Assembly: GCA_021794195.1 (NCBI GenBank)
Contig: JAJYRG010000003.1
Coordinates: forward strand, 10,242-74,241
DNA from: Bacteroidota bacterium
GTDB taxonomy: Bacteria; Bacteroidota; Bacteroidia; Sphingobacteriales; Sphingobacteriaceae
Direction of reading: 5' to 3'
DNA: 64,000 bases
Positions 40,802 to 51,030 of this stretch are shown piece by piece (within the stretch, counting starts at the first letter, position 1; each line of letters opens with the position of its first letter). Position numbers and translations under genes: made by a program. The notes beneath the pieces were generated by a model that did not search any database, was not told where the DNA came from, and saw nothing but the letters and a program-made list of their open reading frames with translations.

Positions 40802-41698
40802 TTATTTCACCTGCATTTCTACCCGTTCTTTAACAACCGATGTGACACCATCTACCGTATACTCGTAGGATAATAGAAATATATTAGTTTTTCTTCCAAA
40901 AGTCTCTTCGACTGTAAATGTGTTTGGATACTTCGGATCATTGTCCAATTGAACCACCTCTATATCCTTATAAGGTTTGATCATTACCTTATTAAGCTCA
41001 TCCACTTCCAGTATAATAGATTTTTTTTCAATTTCCGATACCTTCGATTCATATAACTCATTACCCGCAATCATCCGTACACTGTTATGCGTCAATGGAA
41101 AAAGCTCTTTGTTAGCAGCCACCGGTACATCACCGTCCTTTATGCCTGTCATGGTATACATCGAATTGGCTATCTGTGAGGCGTATTCATTCTCGAAAGA
41201 CACTTGATAAAGCACAGTACTTTTATTAGGGTTTAGCTCTACGTCCGCAACATCCGTAGCTTTGAGTCCGATAAAATAAGTTGAATCCGGTGATAGCCCT
41301 TCAGGACGCAATTTGATCATGGTTCTTCCTGTACGTTCGCCCGCTTTGATCACAATCTTGTCATCGAGAAGCTCATATTTATCTTCAGGAACGAGTTTGG
41401 CATATAAATCTTCCGCTGCATCAAAATTCGACCAATTATATTCTTCCAGAGGTTCCGGATCTTCCTCTAACCCGATTACCAAATCCCTTTCAGGGGCGTG
41501 TGTTCCGCCCACCGAAGCAGCTACATATCCTGTAATTTCTTCTCCGGTCAATTGTACAAGTTCCAGAAAAACATTGTGATCGTCGCTGCTAATCAACGAA
41601 ACCTCATTTTTGTACATTTCCTTTTCGAACACTTCGTTATCCTTACAGGACGCAAACACTACCGTGCAGGCAAGGAACGCTATATATTTTCGTTTCAT
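40802..41698 (-). CDS. Surface lipoprotein, DUF1735/BT_3044-like
   Basis: Lipobox FASCKDNE; V.IKAGERTG and LRPEGLSPDSTYFI motifs; directly downstream of the susD-family gene. Confidence 0.8.
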   Translation of the reverse strand: MKRKYIAFLACTVVFASCKDNEVFEKEMYKNEVSLISSDDHNVFLELVQLTGEEITGYVAASVGGTHAPERDLVIGLEEDPEPLEEYNWSNFDAAEDLYAKLVPEDKYELLDDKIVIKAGERTGRTMIKLRPEGLSPDSTYFIGLKATDVADVELNPNKSTVLYQVSFENEYASQIANSMYTMTGIKDGDVPVAANKELFPLTHNSVRMIAGNELYESKVSEIEKKSIILEVDELNKVMIKPYKDIEVVQLDNDPKYPNTFTVEETFGRKTNIFLLSYEYTVDGVTSVVKERVEMQVK

Positions 41699-41802
41699 CT
41701 GTTAATTTTTTTATACTAATTATGAGAAGAGTTGTCTACAAACCATTCTAATACTGATTTTAGACACGCCCTCCATTTTCTAATTCTTTTTATCATTCTA
41801 TC

Positions 41803-43851
41803 CTAATTATAGCCTGGGTTTTGATCTACTGAAGGCAGTCTTCTCAACTCCGCCCGCGGTAATGGTACCCAATTTGCCCGCTTGTTGATTTCTCTTGCCA
41901 GGAAAGAGGAGGTACCTGGGATGACACGTCTATAATAAGCCTCTTTGGTGGCACCATCCGGGTTCATCCCCATGATAGGATCACGTTCGGATTCCTCATA
42001 GATACCCCATCGCCGTACATCGTAAAAGCGTCTATTTTCCCAAAGAAACTCAATCATACGTTCCCGCTCGATCTGCTTTTGTACTTCGGATTGACTATTT
42101 ACTTGGCTCGCGGATAATCCAGGTAGTCCCGCCCGGTAGCGGATAGCATTGAAAGCATCTTTAATCTCTTCGGCGTCGCGGCTCACAGTGTAAGTTGTAC
42201 CATCCAGATCTACTGTATGACTACCGGTCAAATTATTGAGCGCTTCCGCATACGACAGCAAAATTTCAGCATATCGGATCATCGCATAAAACTTAGGAAG
42301 CTGGCGGGCTCCGGTACCGTTTTTCGCATCATAAGGATGCACCCATTTTTTGATCACGTATCCTGTGATTGGATAGTTGGGCGATGTCGCATTTACCCCA
42401 CCTCTCCCATCCAAATCCTGGTAGTAGTACTTGGCGGTATGATTATTGAGATCGTTGGAGGACAACGCCTGCCATACAGCCTCATTGAACCCTACAGAAG
42501 CATAGAAACGCATTTCCCGATTGGCATACATCTTAAATACTCCTGCGTTGAGCGGATATCCGGAGAAGCTCCTCGACTGTTGGGTAAATAAGTCATCAAA
42601 AGAGCTACCAGCAGGGAGATCACTTACTTGTTCAAAATACGTGTCACCCCGCGCTTCTTGTATTGTACGGCCATCTTCCATCAGATAAGCATCCACGACT
42701 TTCTGCGTCACACAGAAGCGTCCCCATCCACCTAGTGTGGGCGGAAGCGCCCCTTGGTTAAGGTCAGAATTAATATAAGGTGCACTTTTCCCCCAAATAA
42801 TCTCTGGGTTAATAGCAGCCACAGATTCACCGGTAAAGATTTCCGAGTAAGATCTAAACGCATCAATACCCGCCGCTCCATTAGGATAAGTACTGTAAAA
42901 ATCAGGATCAGAAGTAACACCTGTTGGCAACACAGGGGTGTTATCATCGGCCGGTACAGTATACAGCCTGTATTTTCCCATATCCATGACTCTTTTAGCT
43001 GCTGCTGCAGCTACAGCCCAACGGCTTTCATCGTATTTCTGAGATACATAATACTCACCGTCTGTCGAGCGCTTCCAATTACCAAAGTAAGAACGGGCAG
43101 CGTCACCTCCGTTGTATAGGGGACTGGCATGTATCAGTCGCAAACGGGCAATCAATGCCAACGCCGCACCTTTGGAAGGTCGCCCGAAATTTAAAAGCCC
43201 TACATCTTCTTGCATCAATTTAGCAGCTTTTTCAAACTCTTCACAAGTGTATTCCATCGCTTCATCATAAGTGGCTCTCGGACGATCATAGTATTCCATG
43301 GATTCGTTCGTGTTAACCACCTCATCACCTATTAATATCGGAGGACCATAATCGATTAGGATATTATAATATGCATAAGCGCGTATGAAGCGTGTGTATC
43401 CTTCGATCCTCCTCCTATCTACCGTGCTCATATCCGCGGGCCGTTCCATATTTTCTAGAATCAAATTGCATTTCCGGATGACCTTATAATAGACATTCCA
43501 TTGATTGAGCCCTCCAAATTTATCCGGTGTAATGTTTCCCGTAGCAAAATCCATCCCATAATATATGTTAGCCGTTCCACCTCCGGTTAAACCGTTAAAA
43601 GCTTCATCCGTTGCCATGGGTCCAGGTGTATAATTACTCCGGATCGTTTTGGCTTCATCAGGAAACAGAGAGGCAGCTCCCCACATATACGCTTCCATAT
43701 TTCGGGTATTACTGAATGCCGAGTCAATATTAAATTCATCGTCGAAGTAATTGTCGATATTCAGGTAGTCTTTACAGGATATCGACATGACAAACAGCTG
43801 AATGATCAGAACTGCCTTTGTTATTCTTTTTATGATTGTTGACGTTCTCAT
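41803..43851 (-). CDS. RagB/SusD-family nutrient uptake lipoprotein
   Basis: Start placed at 43851 (MRTSTIIK...ISCKDY); RYAEILLSYAEA and ERMIEFLWENRRFYDVRRW motifs; ends QNPGYN. Confidence 0.95.
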   Translation of the reverse strand: MRTSTIIKRITKAVLIIQLFVMSISCKDYLNIDNYFDDEFNIDSAFSNTRNMEAYMWGAASLFPDEAKTIRSNYTPGPMATDEAFNGLTGGGTANIYYGMDFATGNITPDKFGGLNQWNVYYKVIRKCNLILENMERPADMSTVDRRRIEGYTRFIRAYAYYNILIDYGPPILIGDEVVNTNESMEYYDRPRATYDEAMEYTCEEFEKAAKLMQEDVGLLNFGRPSKGAALALIARLRLIHASPLYNGGDAARSYFGNWKRSTDGEYYVSQKYDESRWAVAAAAAKRVMDMGKYRLYTVPADDNTPVLPTGVTSDPDFYSTYPNGAAGIDAFRSYSEIFTGESVAAINPEIIWGKSAPYINSDLNQGALPPTLGGWGRFCVTQKVVDAYLMEDGRTIQEARGDTYFEQVSDLPAGSSFDDLFTQQSRSFSGYPLNAGVFKMYANREMRFYASVGFNEAVWQALSSNDLNNHTAKYYYQDLDGRGGVNATSPNYPITGYVIKKWVHPYDAKNGTGARQLPKFYAMIRYAEILLSYAEALNNLTGSHTVDLDGTTYTVSRDAEEIKDAFNAIRYRAGLPGLSASQVNSQSEVQKQIERERMIEFLWENRRFYDVRRWGIYEESERDPIMGMNPDGATKEAYYRRVIPGTSSFLAREINKRANWVPLPRAELRRLPSVDQNPGYN

Positions 43852-43876
43852 ATCGCGTTGATTTATTTCTATAGCA

Positions 43877-46800
43877 TTAAAGATTAATATATACTTGCAA
43901 CGAATAGGTCGTTGGTATCGGATACTTGCGGCCATTCCATGCGGCCTGTTCAGGATCATATATTTTCACACTGTCCCAGATATAGAGATTGTTTCCCACA
44001 AACTGCAGATCCATTGAGTTGATACCTACCCTTTTCAGAAAGGACGGGCTCACACGATAACTCAGTGTGATTTCTTGCAACCGCAGATAGCGGGCATTGT
44101 CCTGCCAAAACGAAGACAACTGCGTGTTATTCTCATTTCTACCATATTGCAAGCGAGGGAAGCGAGCGTCTGGATTTTCTGCCAGTGCCGGGTCAATACC
44201 ATTTTCGATGGCATAATCGAGCGGAATCCATCTATTTTTTGGATCGGCAGCCATCGAAAGCACATTACCCTCCGTTCCGTTGTAGAAAGGCATATATCCC
44301 TTACCGTTGATCTCTGTGACATTCTTGTAAGTCTTAGGCATACCTACATAGTAGAAAGGTGTATTTCCTGTTCCTTTGAATAGCACACCCAGCGACAGGT
44401 TCTTATAGCGGAATTCGCCTCCAAACCCATACATCAACAAAGGGTAATCGCTATGAGTCAACGGCACTTTATCCAATTCATCAATTACACCATCCCCGTT
44501 GACATCTTTGTATTTGATATCTCCTGGCAATACAGTTCCGAAAGTCTGTTGAGGGCTGTACTTGACATCGTCTTCATCCTTGAATAGGCCCACGGCCTGA
44601 TAACCACGTATGGATCCATTCGGGAAGCCACTGTATTCGAGGTATGGATATTCCATATAGGCTTGCTCCCAGTTTTGCACAATATTTTTGGAATAGGTGA
44701 AATTACCTCGGACCGTAAAACCAAAATCGGGAGAGATCTGCGTATTGTAGCTGATGTTTCCATCCGCACCTGAACTCTTCATCCGACCTATATTCGCATA
44801 GGGATTAGTAACGACACCTACATATTCCGGCACCTGCACCCGTTGCTGGAAAATACCGTTCCGCTGATCCTGGAAAAAGTCAATTACGAAATCTATCTTA
44901 TTATCAAAAAGTTTTCCTTCAATCCCGATGTTGGCTTTGATCGCCCGTTCCCATGCCAGATTATCCGCACCGATCCGTGTTTCATTGATGGTTTCTATAC
45001 CACCAAGCCCCCAAACAGAACTGAACCCTTGATTAGCCTTTGTCAAATACGGGAAACGGACATCGTTGATGATCCGGTCGTTTCCCACTGTACCATAAGA
45101 TCCGCGAATCTTAAAGTAATTTAACCAAGGGGCTTTTTCCTGCATGAATTCATAGCTAGTAGGTACCCAACCGAGTGCAACAGATGGAAAAAAACCATAC
45201 TGCCTTCCCGGCTGAAAATTCTCCGATCCCGTATAGCCAAAGTTCACATCCAATAGATAAGTGTCCCGATAGCCATATGTCAACCGGCTGGACACTCCTT
45301 GGTAGCGCAACGGAATAGCGGTCAGGTTGTTCGTCGCATCTTTAGTATTTTTAGCATCGCTGACGTAATAATAGATCAATGCTGAGGTACGGTGATCTTC
45401 ATTGAAAACCTGATCCCAGTTAAGAGTAGACTCTAAGTGATACTTCCTGTATTGTCTTGTGTCTTTACTATAAGAAGCCGCCCTTTCCTGCACCGTTTCT
45501 TTCATAATAAGTGACCCATCGTAATTACGTCCCATTGATTGATAAAGAGCTGGCTGCACCGACCTATTCTCGGTGAACCTACTATGGATATCATACGCAC
45601 CCTGCACACGGAACTTCAGCCCATCCAGTATACTGGAAAAATCTTGATCCAGCGAAAGGGTTGTTTTACCTTTGTACCACTGTTCCGTAGCTTTGCCTGT
45701 ACGGTTGATCATGACATAAGGTGACGATCCTTCTCCGCTTCCCATAGCAGGGAGCATACCGTTGGAATATTGAGTAGGTATAGCCACAGGTGTAAGCGTA
45801 GACTGTGCCCCCCATATATAGTCGGTATTGGCTACTCCAGGTTGATCCAGTTTAGACAAGTATCCATCCGAGCCAAGATATACTTTGGTAGTATTAGTCA
45901 GATTGATATCCAGATTGATCCGGTAGTTGTACGTGTCAAAGCCTACATTCGAGCTATATGGACTGCTTTTATCTACTTTATAAGCAGCAGTTTCGCTGTT
46001 ACCGCCTAAACTCAGGAAGTAACGGGCAACGTCGGATCCACCACGTCCGCTGACATAATAGCTTTGGCGCCAAAAGTTTTTGTTGAGAATTTCGTCCTGC
46101 CAACTCACATCCGGATACATATCCGGATCTAGACCACCCTCGATGATGCCTAGCTCAGTAGGTGAAAAGATAGGAGATTCGCTTCGGGCAAAAGCAGCTT
46201 CATTAGCAAGTTGCGCATAATCATATGCCCTTAGGTAATTCGGTAAGCGATTGAGACGGGAAAGCGTTGAATTAACACGTCCAGTAATCTGTATGCGGTC
46301 CACAATACCTTTCTTAGTCGTCACCAATACGACCCCATTAGCACCGCGCACTCCATAGACGGCAGTGGCCGAAGCATCCTTCAGGATAGAGAAGCTCTCG
46401 ACATCCGCTGGGTCAATGGTATTCAAGTCTCCTTCCAGTCCATCAATAAGAACCAACGCACTGCTGTTAGCCCCAAATGTACCGATACCACGTACCCAAA
46501 AGTCCGCAATATTCTGTCCTGGTTCACCACTGGCCTGCATAGAAATTACACCAGCTGCACGCCCACCAAGCAAGTTAGAAATAGAAGGAGCAGGTGATTG
46601 CAGCTCCTTAACATCCACCGTGGTAATAGCTCCGACAGAACTGATCTTCCGCTGTTGGGCACCAAGGCCAACTACAACGACTTCATCGATCTCTGAGCTC
46701 AATTCTTTGAGCTCAATCTGCAGATCAATTTGTGATTCAACGACCAAGTATTCTACGGGCTCATATCCCACAAAGGTAAATGCAATCTTGTCACCATAGT

Positions 46801-47005
46801 CCGCTTTAATGCTAAACTTCCCTTTCTCATCAGACGATGTACCGATATTAGCTTTATCCTTAAGATAAATAGATACATTGGCCACCGGTTCACCGTTTTC
46901 ATTAACGACGGTACCAGAGATCGTCAATTCTTCTTTTTGCTGTGCAAACCCAATCATGAGCCATAAGCACAACGGTAGTATGCACAAAATCTTAATAATC
47001 TTCAT
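43877..47005 (-). CDS. SusC/RagA-family TonB-dependent receptor
   Basis: CarboxypepD_reg-like N-terminus; SFSILKDASATAVYGVRGANGVVLVTTKKG signature; barrel ending in YINL. Confidence 0.97.
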   Translation of the reverse strand: MKIIKILCILPLCLWLMIGFAQQKEELTISGTVVNENGEPVANVSIYLKDKANIGTSSDEKGKFSIKADYGDKIAFTFVGYEPVEYLVVESQIDLQIELKELSSEIDEVVVVGLGAQQRKISSVGAITTVDVKELQSPAPSISNLLGGRAAGVISMQASGEPGQNIADFWVRGIGTFGANSSALVLIDGLEGDLNTIDPADVESFSILKDASATAVYGVRGANGVVLVTTKKGIVDRIQITGRVNSTLSRLNRLPNYLRAYDYAQLANEAAFARSESPIFSPTELGIIEGGLDPDMYPDVSWQDEILNKNFWRQSYYVSGRGGSDVARYFLSLGGNSETAAYKVDKSSPYSSNVGFDTYNYRINLDINLTNTTKVYLGSDGYLSKLDQPGVANTDYIWGAQSTLTPVAIPTQYSNGMLPAMGSGEGSSPYVMINRTGKATEQWYKGKTTLSLDQDFSSILDGLKFRVQGAYDIHSRFTENRSVQPALYQSMGRNYDGSLIMKETVQERAASYSKDTRQYRKYHLESTLNWDQVFNEDHRTSALIYYYVSDAKNTKDATNNLTAIPLRYQGVSSRLTYGYRDTYLLDVNFGYTGSENFQPGRQYGFFPSVALGWVPTSYEFMQEKAPWLNYFKIRGSYGTVGNDRIINDVRFPYLTKANQGFSSVWGLGGIETINETRIGADNLAWERAIKANIGIEGKLFDNKIDFVIDFFQDQRNGIFQQRVQVPEYVGVVTNPYANIGRMKSSGADGNISYNTQISPDFGFTVRGNFTYSKNIVQNWEQAYMEYPYLEYSGFPNGSIRGYQAVGLFKDEDDVKYSPQQTFGTVLPGDIKYKDVNGDGVIDELDKVPLTHSDYPLLMYGFGGEFRYKNLSLGVLFKGTGNTPFYYVGMPKTYKNVTEINGKGYMPFYNGTEGNVLSMAADPKNRWIPLDYAIENGIDPALAENPDARFPRLQYGRNENNTQLSSFWQDNARYLRLQEITLSYRVSPSFLKRVGINSMDLQFVGNNLYIWDSVKIYDPEQAAWNGRKYPIPTTYSLQVYINL

Positions 47006-47075
47006 TGTATATTAAAGGTTTATTTAATCATTATCTGTTTATATCGACAATGCTATGCATGTCTGCCCAGCATTA

Positions 47076-48455
47076 TTACTCGATAACTAGTTTACGAATC
47101 CGTGAATTTCCATAATCCGCGATATAGATATCTCCTTCTTCATTAACAGCTACGCCCCAAGGGTTATTGAACATAGATTCTAATGGACCGCCATCTCTAT
47201 AGCCCGATACTTTAGGTTGTCCTGCTACCGTTGTGACGATCCCATCCGCCGATACCATACGGATACAATGATTACCATAGTCTGCAACGAACATGTTGCC
47301 GTCGTTATCAAACTTGATATCTTTTGGTAAGTGGAACACAGCGTCTTCAATGGGGCCATCACGGTGATTACTCCCGCCTGTCGCATTAACCCGTCGGAAC
47401 CCCTTATCTATATGCTCCGGACGCAAATCCAACATCATAATCCCTTGTTTAAATTCATTTGGAGCAGCGTTGGAGTGGAGTGTCATCCAAAGCTCCCAGG
47501 GTTTAGCTGGGTTGATAGCCTGCCCATATTGCGATCCATACGGCCACTTGGATCCGGCTGCTTTCGATCCACTATGCACAACAGTCGCCTCGTAAGTATC
47601 GGGGTTTATACGAACCACGCTACCATCGCGGGAGCGGGTATAAAGAAAGCCGTCATAGGGACTAAAAGAAACAAAATTCATGTACTGGTCCCCCGTCGGT
47701 ATTCCGTGTTCTTCTGCAAATGAGGCATTACGCTGGCGAGGATACCAGCCTTCCCTCGGATCAAAGGAAAAAAACACATCAACCACTGACTCATGCGATA
47801 CGGTCATCATACCGGTCTCCCGATCTACGGTGACTCCATTAGCATACGGATATGGCTTTTCTGAAGCCAAGTACATGGAAGTCACCAGATTCTCTGCCTC
47901 GCTGACCCGGCCGACACCATATTTCTCATCACCTACGCCATCCCGCCAGGTCATAAACAGGTTGTCCTCGGCATCCAGCTCCAGATATTTTGCACACACA
48001 TGGGCTTGGTCAAGCGTTCCCGGCACAAATTCTCTATCTCCGGAACCGGTAACAGTGGTAACCTGCGCCTGCGCAGCGTAGTTGAAGGGATCGTCATAAG
48101 AAGCAGACTGTTCTTCAATCTCAATCCTAATGACAGGGTCTTCTCCCGGCAGACGGGGCACGATGACGTAAATACGCTCTCCACTGGAGGAGACAACCGC
48201 CGCCTCTTTGTTGTTGAAATAAACTTTGATTTTGGAAGGATCGGTTCCGAAGTTTTTCCCGTCTAAAAGAATCTTATCCCGCGCTCCGCCTTCCATCGGA
48301 GAAAAGGACGTTAACGTGATCGGTTTGGAAGGATCATATGCCTTACCCTCTCCTTTCATTTTTTCATCTTTACAACTTGTAAAGGAAAATAGAAGTACAA
48401 TTCCCAGTATTAAAATCTTATTAACACAGTAGGACAATCTGTTTGTTTGGAACAT
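47076..48455 (-). CDS. IPT/TIG + NHL-repeat surface lipoprotein
   Basis: Lipobox FTSCKDE; IPT domain (ITLTSFSP..GG...I.L.GKNFG); NHL repeats ADYGNHCIR and PWGVAV..EGDIYIADYGN. Confidence 0.85.
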   Translation of the reverse strand: MFQTNRLSYCVNKILILGIVLLFSFTSCKDEKMKGEGKAYDPSKPITLTSFSPMEGGARDKILLDGKNFGTDPSKIKVYFNNKEAAVVSSSGERIYVIVPRLPGEDPVIRIEIEEQSASYDDPFNYAAQAQVTTVTGSGDREFVPGTLDQAHVCAKYLELDAEDNLFMTWRDGVGDEKYGVGRVSEAENLVTSMYLASEKPYPYANGVTVDRETGMMTVSHESVVDVFFSFDPREGWYPRQRNASFAEEHGIPTGDQYMNFVSFSPYDGFLYTRSRDGSVVRINPDTYEATVVHSGSKAAGSKWPYGSQYGQAINPAKPWELWMTLHSNAAPNEFKQGIMMLDLRPEHIDKGFRRVNATGGSNHRDGPIEDAVFHLPKDIKFDNDGNMFVADYGNHCIRMVSADGIVTTVAGQPKVSGYRDGGPLESMFNNPWGVAVNEEGDIYIADYGNSRIRKLVIE

Positions 48456-48608
48456 AATTTGAGATTTAAATATCTAAATTCGTTTTCTTTTTTACAATAT
48501 CAAGATACAAGAGTCAGTTGCTATAAGCTTATTTGGACCGATAGGTTCGCCAAGCTCTGACAGCATAAAAGCATAATACTTTCAAGTCTCCTGTTTTCGT
48601 CAGTTAAG

Positions 48609-49880
48609 TTAATCTTCTGCTATCGTCACAGTAATATCATCTATAAACACTCTATTTTTATTTGGATTTTTCGGAGACCTCATATCGTAATCCTGCCCCA
48701 AAAACCGGAACTGAGTTTCTTCCGTTGCTCCTTCAATGATGAAGGAATAAGTAGAGGACGGATCTTGCCATATATCTACACCTTCCGGATCGGTATCATA
48801 ATCCGGCCAATTATCAAGCACAAATTCATCTGAACCCTCTATTGTTCCAGGACCCATTACATTCACATTCAAAATGTTGTCATCCCTAGTGCCTGCCTGA
48901 GTCTGATAAGGAACTGCTTTAAAGGTAACTTTAACATTACGTTTTCCCGCGATAGCTTCAAGTTTAGGAGAAATCAGATCCCCACTATAACTTGTTTTTC
49001 CTAATTTCACAAAACCATAACGTGCATAAAGTAAAGGCGTACCTCCGCTCCCTTCCACTGGATTAACCGAACTTTTCCAGCCATGTTCTAATTCATCTGC
49101 ATCCCAATTGTCAAATCTTTTTTCACCTGTAACCGTATAAAGAACATGGCTGGCTACGGTTAACCAATTAAAATCTTCTTCTAAAATAACATCACCCACA
49201 TTTTGCTTCAAAGCTTGTTGAGTAAGGTTAAGAGTATTAAAAGGGCTGTCATTATGCAGCAAAGATAGAGTGGCACTACGCGAAGCCGTTACTTTATTCA
49301 TATCGACAGACACGTCAACAGGCACATCCCCCACCCCTTGCATAGGCTCTATTGTCAACCAATCTATATCAGACGGGATTTCTATTTTCCATTCCCCGTT
49401 GGCTCTTACGATCATCCGCTCGTTAAGACCTTGATCAGAAATTTCCTTTTCCTCGGAAAGACCTTCTATTAGTATGTATGGTTTTTCCTCTGTTTTCTCA
49501 TCAGCCCCTTCTTCCTGTCTAATAGTAAGCGTTTCATTTTGATAATGTTCTCCTGCCATAAAAGCTAATACTATCTCCCTTCCATCAATAGCTGTATTCT
49601 TATGTACGATAAGAGTAAACGATCCATTCCCTTGACCTTCAGTTGGTTCAACGCTTATCCATTTTGTATCGACGACTGGTTTAACCCTCCAATTCCCATC
49701 GGATTGTATATTATACTCTTTAGTCGTTCCCTCGGAGTCAACCTCTAAAAGTAAAGGATTGTCTATTACAGAGAAATGGACTTTACTTTCTGTATCCTTT
49801 TTACAAGAAAGTGCTAGGAAGATAAAGCTAAACACAAAAAGCAGCTTAAACCGGACTCTTTTATAATAACACCTTTTCAT
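48609..49880 (-). CDS. Tandem BACON-domain lipoprotein with C-terminal beta-sandwich
   Basis: Lipobox ALSCKKD; two W..V.P..G.G BACON repeats; LEEDFNW...GFVKLGK domain. Confidence 0.8.
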   Translation of the reverse strand: MKRCYYKRVRFKLLFVFSFIFLALSCKKDTESKVHFSVIDNPLLLEVDSEGTTKEYNIQSDGNWRVKPVVDTKWISVEPTEGQGNGSFTLIVHKNTAIDGREIVLAFMAGEHYQNETLTIRQEEGADEKTEEKPYILIEGLSEEKEISDQGLNERMIVRANGEWKIEIPSDIDWLTIEPMQGVGDVPVDVSVDMNKVTASRSATLSLLHNDSPFNTLNLTQQALKQNVGDVILEEDFNWLTVASHVLYTVTGEKRFDNWDADELEHGWKSSVNPVEGSGGTPLLYARYGFVKLGKTSYSGDLISPKLEAIAGKRNVKVTFKAVPYQTQAGTRDDNILNVNVMGPGTIEGSDEFVLDNWPDYDTDPEGVDIWQDPSSTYSFIIEGATEETQFRFLGQDYDMRSPKNPNKNRVFIDDITVTIAED

Positions 49881-50339
49881 TATTTAAGTTTTTAGCAGTA
49901 AAAAGTTTATAAATGTTTAATTAAGCTTTAATAATTAGTCAAATCATAATTTCCGAAACTAACCGATGCTTATAACACTAAAGTAGAAATAAAACTTTAA
50001 AATAAAAAACATTTTCTCAGAAAACTTTCATAAAGATTCGTTTTACCCTTATAAAACTCCAAAAACCTACATAAAATCCACATAAGACTAAATAATGTAA
50101 CAAAATGAAATACAACAAAATAAATTTGAATGATACCATTGTTAAACCAACTACAAGCAATCCTAAGAAAACACATATTAAAACTTTATTTACAACAAAA
50201 GTAAACGCGTTTGAATTTACTTATAGGTTATTTTATATTATCACTCCTTCACATATCTTAAAACAATTCTTCAGTTACATGATCCACCTAATTATTTTCT
50301 TACTTTCTTTCCACTAATATTAGGCATGTTTTTTGTTTC

Positions 50340-50800
50340 GAAATATTTCGTTTATATAAAATCAAGTTTCAAAATATTTTTAACCACTCATAGGATTTCC
50401 TTACCTTGTACTTCCTCAGGAGACCTCAATCTGCTCTTCGTTATTGTTCATATCTTTTTTATTGGAAAAATATCCGAGAAGTATTCGTAAGCTTTTATCT
50501 TTCCCGAGCAGTATGTTCCCAAGAAGATCATGAACATGACGATCTTTCTGGACAAGTTTCACAAAACAGTTAAAGGGTACGTTGGCAAAGGGTTCTGATT
50601 GATATATATGCTGCTCTATAGAACGTTTCAGTCACCGGTCCCATCTAGGTGGAATAGAGAATACAGGTAACTTCGGCTGTCGCTCATCACTCCGGATACC
50701 TTCTGATCGGGTGTATGTAGTTTTCAGTGCTTCATAAAATGATATAGAAGGATATCAGTATTTTTTTGTAGCCAATCTTAACGGGATAAAACAATTAAAT
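50340..50800. pseudogene. Possible decayed coding sequence, family not identified
   Basis: GC-richer, non-repetitive 460 bp in an AT-rich gap; minus-strand frames give protein-like stretches broken by stops. Confidence 0.25.
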
Positions 50801-50897
50801 ACTTTATTGTTTACAATCTTGAATACAAAACTATTTTCACTGTTTTACAATTTTCACCCTAAATATTAGTTGAATATTATTCTTTACAAATAAAAAA

Positions 50898-50982
50898 AGG
50901 GTCCCTCAAAAGGTTTGCAAACATTAAAAACTGTCATCACTTCTCTTTTTCGATGACGATGTTTGGACCTTTGAGACACCCT
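50898..50982. mobile_element. 85-bp MITE/REP-like element
   Basis: Terminal inverted repeats AGGGTCCCTCAAAAGGT / ACCTTTGAGACACCCT and internal GTCATC...GATGAC hairpin. Confidence 0.55.
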
Positions 50983-51030
50983 CTAATAGCTTATCCCCTT
51001 CTCACACTGAAAGGAAGGAGAAGCAACGCT

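Noticed and set aside
41803-48455. Numerous 60-145 aa plus-strand ORFs opposite susC, susD and the IPT-NHL gene
   Set aside because: Antisense shadows expected from the higher GC of this block; no motifs
31723-49880. A single 18-kb operon covering all eleven minus-strand genes
   Set aside because: Gaps of 150-430 bp, hairpins at 33823-33853 and 38007-38040, and a GC discontinuity indicate several transcription units
50105-50317. 70-aa plus-strand ORF upstream of the BACON gene
   Set aside because: Low-complexity AT-rich promoter DNA with no motif or coupling evidence
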